Shown here piece by piece: positions 59,334-64,000 of a stretch of DNA of 64,000 nt. The position numbers and the translations under genes are program-made. This DNA comes from Podarcis gaigeae (Eukaryota): the NCBI GenBank assembly GCA_964106915.2, contig OZ066927.1; one strand, given 5' to 3'. The number at the start of each line of letters is the position of its first letter. The first letter of the stretch is position 1. The notes beneath the pieces were generated by a model. That model saw only the letters and a list, made by a program, of their open reading frames with translations. It did no database searches and was not told the origin of the DNA.

Positions 59334-61126
59334 ACATATGCTGGCATATGCACCACTGGAGAGGAGGGTAAATACCTGTTGCCCCACACCTTTTGCCAGA
59401 GGGAGACGACTTGGGACAGGTACAAATAGCATATGTCCACCAGTGCAATTTCAGTCAAAGTGGCAGCTATTCTGAAGAAAATAAAAAGACACCAGGTGAT
59501 CGGATTATACACCTCCCATTTCCCATCTTTGTTGTAAAACAAGGAAGCAAAGGAAGGGACAGCAATAGAACCTGCAGGACCAAGGACAGTTCCCAACAGC
59601 AAAGAACTTGCTCCAAATGGTTTCAAGAGCTAAGTACTCCTGATTTTCCATCTCCCAATCTTATTGCCTTTCTCAGTCTTTTAGACAGTTCATATCTATA
59701 TAGTACCTTTACTGCTATATCTTAGTTTGTTATTAACCAATAAATTATGTTCTGTATCAGGGCACCCAGCTCCTCTGGATGACCATGGGGCCTCTGGTGT
59801 TCCCTTGTGATCAGTGTCTGATCAATGCTTCAGACCAAAGACAAGACATGGGCGTCCAGTTATAGATTATCTATCTGGTATTGATCCAGGATTAAATCCC
59901 TGTTCAGGGAGCTTGAGTCCAGCATCCTATGAAGGGGCAGAGGTTGTCCACCTCTGGTGGTATGAGGAGTCTCAAACTTGGCCTGAGCTCCTTAGAGAAA
60001 AAGAGAAGAGGAAGGAAATAATGTGAAATAAGTAAAAATCCACAAATGTCCATATATCTCTATCTCTCTCTATCTATTTGACAGTCACAGTTCAAGAATC
60101 TCCATTCCTGTAGTGTGTAAGTTACTAACTGGAATACACTGAGGCTAGACCAATTAAGGCTGTGCTCATGTGGACATTTACCTGCACGCAGGTTCCACTG
60201 ATTTTAGTGGGTTTCAAAGTAAACACGCCTTTTATCAGGCTGTATTTATTCAACAAATCTCTTTCTCTTACCCAACAAAACTCCTTAGTGAGCAAAAAAA
60301 TGTGATTGAACTGGAATTCAGCAGCAATTGAATAGGAGCCTAACTATATTTCTTCCAAAATCTAACTGCTTCAATTATAATTGGAAAAACAAATGCTTTT
60401 TCTTCAAAGTAATTATTTATGGAGGCAATGTACAAAGACCAGTATTTCCTGTTTTACCTATCATGCAGGACCTGGTTCCAGAGCCATCTCTTTCTCTTCC
60501 AGGAGTAAATGGCATCATAGAGAATTGATGCTTAGAAGGAAGGCAGTTCCTGCCCAGCTCTGCCTCTTTTAGTTTTGGAATACCAGCATTTATTGCAGGA
60601 GAAACCAACTATAGAACAAAAATGTCATCTCTTAACAGGTAAAGAACATTCTGTTTATTTTAAGAAGCAGACTAACTTTTCTTCTTTCTCCTTCAGGTGT
60701 TTTGTTTAAAGGGAACAGGCTGCAAACTGGTCTCCGGAGCAGGGTGGGCAAGGCTTCTTCCTAGGATGCAAAACACATCTCTGATGACAAAACCAGACAT
60801 AGCCCTTCTCCTCCCCGTGTAGCACCTCAGCACTTTAAAATGTGACACAGGGAGGGGCAATCCATCTGGTCCCTCTGGCTCAGAACAGGCAATTACGTAG
60901 GAAGAGCCTTGCTGCTGGATGAGGCCAAAGGCCCACCTAATCCAACATCCTGTTTTCACAATAACCGACCAGTTGCCCCAATGGGAAGCCCACAAGCAGA
61001 ACTTGAGGGAAACAGGATTCTCCCCACTTGTAATTCCCAGCAATTGGTATCAAAAATCATATAGAAGAGCATTACAAAGCATAAAAAATAATAAGTCTTG
61101 CTGAAGATGAATCAGCATGGCTTCTC

Positions 61127-61235
61127 CATGCACACGAAAGCTTATACCCAGAACAAACTTAGTTGGTCTCTATTTTTTTTATTTTATATATATATTTCGA
61201 CTGCGTCAGACCAACATGGCTACCTACCTGAATCA
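61127..61235 (+). mobile_element. Penelope-like element terminal remnant
   Basis: catgcacacgaaagcttatacc..aacttagttggtctc..cagaccaacatggctacctacctgaatc matches recalled reptile PLE ends. Confidence 0.65.
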
Positions 61236-62059
61236 TTAACCTTTTAGAGTGTCAATAACTACATTTTTGTTTATGTTATTGACACTCTAACGGTGTTATC
61301 TGGTAGACATTGTGTACTTGGAAGAAATGGGATTCCCCAGATATCTGTACTGGGACCTGTGCTATTTAACTGGTTTATAAGTGATACGGAGTCAGGATGA
61401 ACATTGAGGAAGTCAAGTATGCTAAGGACACCTAGTTATTCAGGATGTTAAAAACAAAACAGGATAGTAAAGAGCTCCAAATGGATATTTTCAATCTGGG
61501 GGAAGGGGCATTAAATTTGCAACACTGGTTCAGTGTAATCAAATGTAAAATGATGCACATGGGTAAAAAAATCCTATCTTTACATCTATATATCTTGGAA
61601 AGTTGACTGTTTGCTGTGTGTTTGGACACCTCTTAAGATATCATGACCAAATTGTTTGTTCCTGAGATGGAGGTTTTTGTCTATGTTTAGATACAACTGG
61701 ATGCCATTTGGAATCAAGATTTAAATAGCACCAATTTGATGGGCACGGCTTGAGGAAAAAGGCCTTGTGACCAAAAGTAGAATCCCTGCCAGGTCTAATT
61801 TGGCCTGGAGGATCAGAGGCTCCCCTGCCAGCTCTGTCATCTCCCATCTTACCAAACTAAAACGTCCCAAATGTTGTAACCTTCTTCTTGCAGGGGAGTT
61901 GCTTCTGCCCCCCAAATTGTTGCTTGCCCCGTTGTGATCCTGTACCAGATCTACACCATCCTGTTCCAAATATCCCATGTATGGAATTATGACCCCATAG
62001 AGAAGGGCTGGAAGGAAACATGAAAGACTCAGCTCCACCTTTGTGGCAGGGGCATCCCT

Positions 62060-62214
62060 TATGGGTGTAGCCAGGGGGGTGCACCTGCCCTTCCCCAAAT
62101 CAAGTAAATAAATAAAAATACTTAACTGACCAACAGCATCACAGATAACTCAGTTCTGCCCCCCCCCCCAATAATGCCTGCCTCCCTCCAAAATAAATCC
62201 TGGCTACGCCCGTG
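62060..62214. mobile_element. Small TIR MITE (hAT-like)
   Basis: TATGGGTGTAGCCAGG / CCTGGCTACGCCCGTG inverted ends; decayed 8-bp TSD gcatccct/acacccct. Confidence 0.65.
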
Positions 62215-62908
62215 ACACCCCTCCTTCCTCTGTGGGTGTTGCTATGCCCTTGCACAAAGACAGTTCTAGGAGTGTGCCCTTGGTATCTCAGGTGTGTGGC
62301 CAGCCGGATAATGCCAAGCGTCTTTCCATCAAAATCCCCCTTCGTCATCTGTGCCATCTTTGACAATCCACCTGGTGGAGCTGCATCTATTATATTATTA
62401 TCGTTCCCTGTTCTAAAGGTGACCGGGCACACGTGACCCTCGCTTTGGGGAGCTTGTGCACTGCTGCCTCCTGGCGTGCGCTGCTGGCGACCGGGCCTTC
62501 AGAGCCAGCTTGGACTCCCATCAGCGTCACCACCCGCGACCACAGACCATTCTCTTGCTTATTTATATTCAGGCCTGGCATTGGAAGCGGGGAGGTGGAG
62601 CTTTCCGCGAGCCCCGCCTCCTCTCTGGCCTTGGCCGGGGCATGTGGCGCCGCGTTGTCATGGCAACCCCCGCGCAGCGCGGAACGCGTGGGGGCGGGGC
62701 CTGCAGCGTGGCCGGCCGGAGCCGCCGCGCGAACGCCCGAGGGGGCGGGGCAAGGCGTTCTTCTCGCGCGTGCGCTCGCTCCCCGCCTTTTTTTTTTTTG
62801 CCTGTGCGCGCGCGCTCGCTCGTCTCTGTGTCTTTTGGGGGAGGATTCGCAGCTCACGCGACCCCCCGTCCTCCCCTCCGAGAGGCCTCCTTCTCCGCCT
62901 GGCGCAGG

Positions 62909-63294
62909 ATGGACCCCGCGGGGAGCCCGCTGGACTTAGGCTTCTGCCCGTCGGCGCCCTGCCTGCTGGTGGAGGACTCGCAGCCGGAGCCGGACTCCGC
63001 CCAGGACGACGGCGAGGAGCCGCAGGCCCTGCCCGGCCTGAAGAGGAGGTGGCAGCGACCAGGGGCGGAGGACGAGACGGATGGGCCGCGGGTCGTTCCG
63101 GGAGCGAAGGCGGCAGGAGGAGGCCCGGAGGAGCAGCAGGAGGAGGGCCGGGGCTGTGAGGGGGCTGAGCGGGGTCCCGCAGGGGGCTCTGGGCCCGCTC
63201 CCTTGCCGCCTTCGCTGCCGGCCTCCGACTCGCCCCGCGCCCTCCTCAGCCAGGTCCTGGAGCAGCTGCCGCCGCCGCTCGCCAGGAACACCAG
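62909..63294 (+). CDS. TP53BP1: TP53BP1 first coding exon
   Basis: ATG at 62909 preceded by a pyrimidine tract and CAG; donor AG|gtgggc, phase 2. Confidence 0.8.
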
Positions 63295-63904
63295 GTGGGC
63301 ACCTCCATTCCTTCTCCGCGGGCGGGCTTTCGGCCTGCTTGACCCCTCTGAGACGTTGCTTGTCTCCCTTGCAGGGCGGCGGACGACCCCCGCGGCGGCG
63401 GCGCTGCTGCTGCACCGAGCTCGCTCTGCGCGGAAGGTAAGTGGCCTCCTCCGCCTGCTGCTGCTGGGGACGGCCCTTGGGGGCTGCCCCTTCGCCATTG
63501 CTGAGAATCCAGCCCCGTGGTGGGGGGGGGGGCTGCTGCACAGGCCGTCGTCTGTTCTCGCTGGAGGCTGTCCTTGAACGGTGGGGGGGGGGTCGGGTCT
63601 CCTCCTGACTGTTCTGCAGCCCTCTTGGGTTCACAAGTAACCTTGGCGGGGTGGGAGAGGGAGGGGTTGTGGGCCAGGCCCATTTCCTCCCTTTGGATGC
63701 TGGAGCCCTTCCACATGTGCTGAGGAAGTTCTTATCTTCTGATGCTAGAATCAGGCATGTCACAGCTGGGCTTCGGTGTTTTGGAGCTCTCCCAGAGCCA
63801 GAACCTTGAAGACGACTCCACAGCTAGTGTGGTTAGTGATAAGGAGCAGCTGCAACCCAAAGTGGCCTTGGAAGAAGAGGAGCAGGAGGAGGATTCCAAG
63901 GGCG
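62909..63904 (+). CDS. TP53BP1: TP53-binding protein 1, 5' coding exons (62909-63294, 63375-63436, 63749-63904); continues beyond the window
   Basis: MDPAGSPLD..PCLLVEDSQPE, SQVLEQLP and SQLGFGVLELSQSQ match the recalled 53BP1 N-terminus; GT-AG junctions are in phase; divergent from MAP1A as in mammals. Confidence 0.9.
63375..63436 (+). CDS. TP53BP1: TP53BP1 exon (62 nt)
   Basis: ttgcag| acceptor, |gtaagt donor, phase 2-1. Confidence 0.78.
63749..63904 (+). CDS. TP53BP1: TP53BP1 exon (ESGMSQLGFGVLELSQSQNLEDD...)
   Basis: gctag| acceptor (alternative CAG 6 nt downstream, same frame), |gtaggt donor. Confidence 0.88.
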
Positions 63905-64000
63905 GTAGGTGAAGTGGGGGCGGCGTCCTGAGCAGCCCTTTCCTCTGGGATAGGAAAACTTCACTCCAACTCTTCTGTTAAACTACTCACACTGCCTCAA

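Larger units (their letters stand above)
62450..63600 (+). promoter_or_regulatory. TP53BP1 CpG-island promoter with near-perfect RFX X-box (62654-62667) and GC box (62691-62699)
   Basis: GTTGTCATGGCAAC, GGGGCGGGG and dense CpG. Confidence 0.8.

Overview
Vertebrate genomic DNA from a squamate reptile, probably a lacertid lizard (judged from Sauria-SINE, Squam-type SINE and L1 content). It is not prokaryotic, so there are no CRISPR arrays, rRNA operons or similar. The window carries the PPIP5K1-MAP1A-TP53BP1 block, syntenic with human 15q15.3 as recalled. (1) The 3' part of PPIP5K1 on + (17 coding exons, 801-18123) encodes the histidine-acid-phosphatase-like domain and the disordered C-terminus. 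(2) MAP1A is complete on - (7 coding exons, 57805-24323, including one 8,317-bp exon; about 3,063 aa), with a second internal CpG-island promoter near 43.4 kb. (3) The first three coding exons of TP53BP1 are on + (62909-63904). Introns and intergenic DNA hold L1, CR1 and L2 fragments, nested SINEs, hAT and Tigger MITEs, a Penelope-like remnant and a solo LTR. I found no entirely new multi-gene system. The most unusual items are: a young solo LTR with 6-bp TSDs whose U3 is almost entirely one open reading frame; a likely alternative last exon with intronic polyA signal inside an RBFOX/QKI/CTCF-marked cassette-exon array of PPIP5K1; two tandem RFX X-boxes that are also the two MAP1A start codons; apparent intron loss at the 5' end of TP53BP1; and a pre-miRNA-like hairpin in a MAP1A intron. 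Gene and repeat-family identities come from recalled motifs, not database searches.
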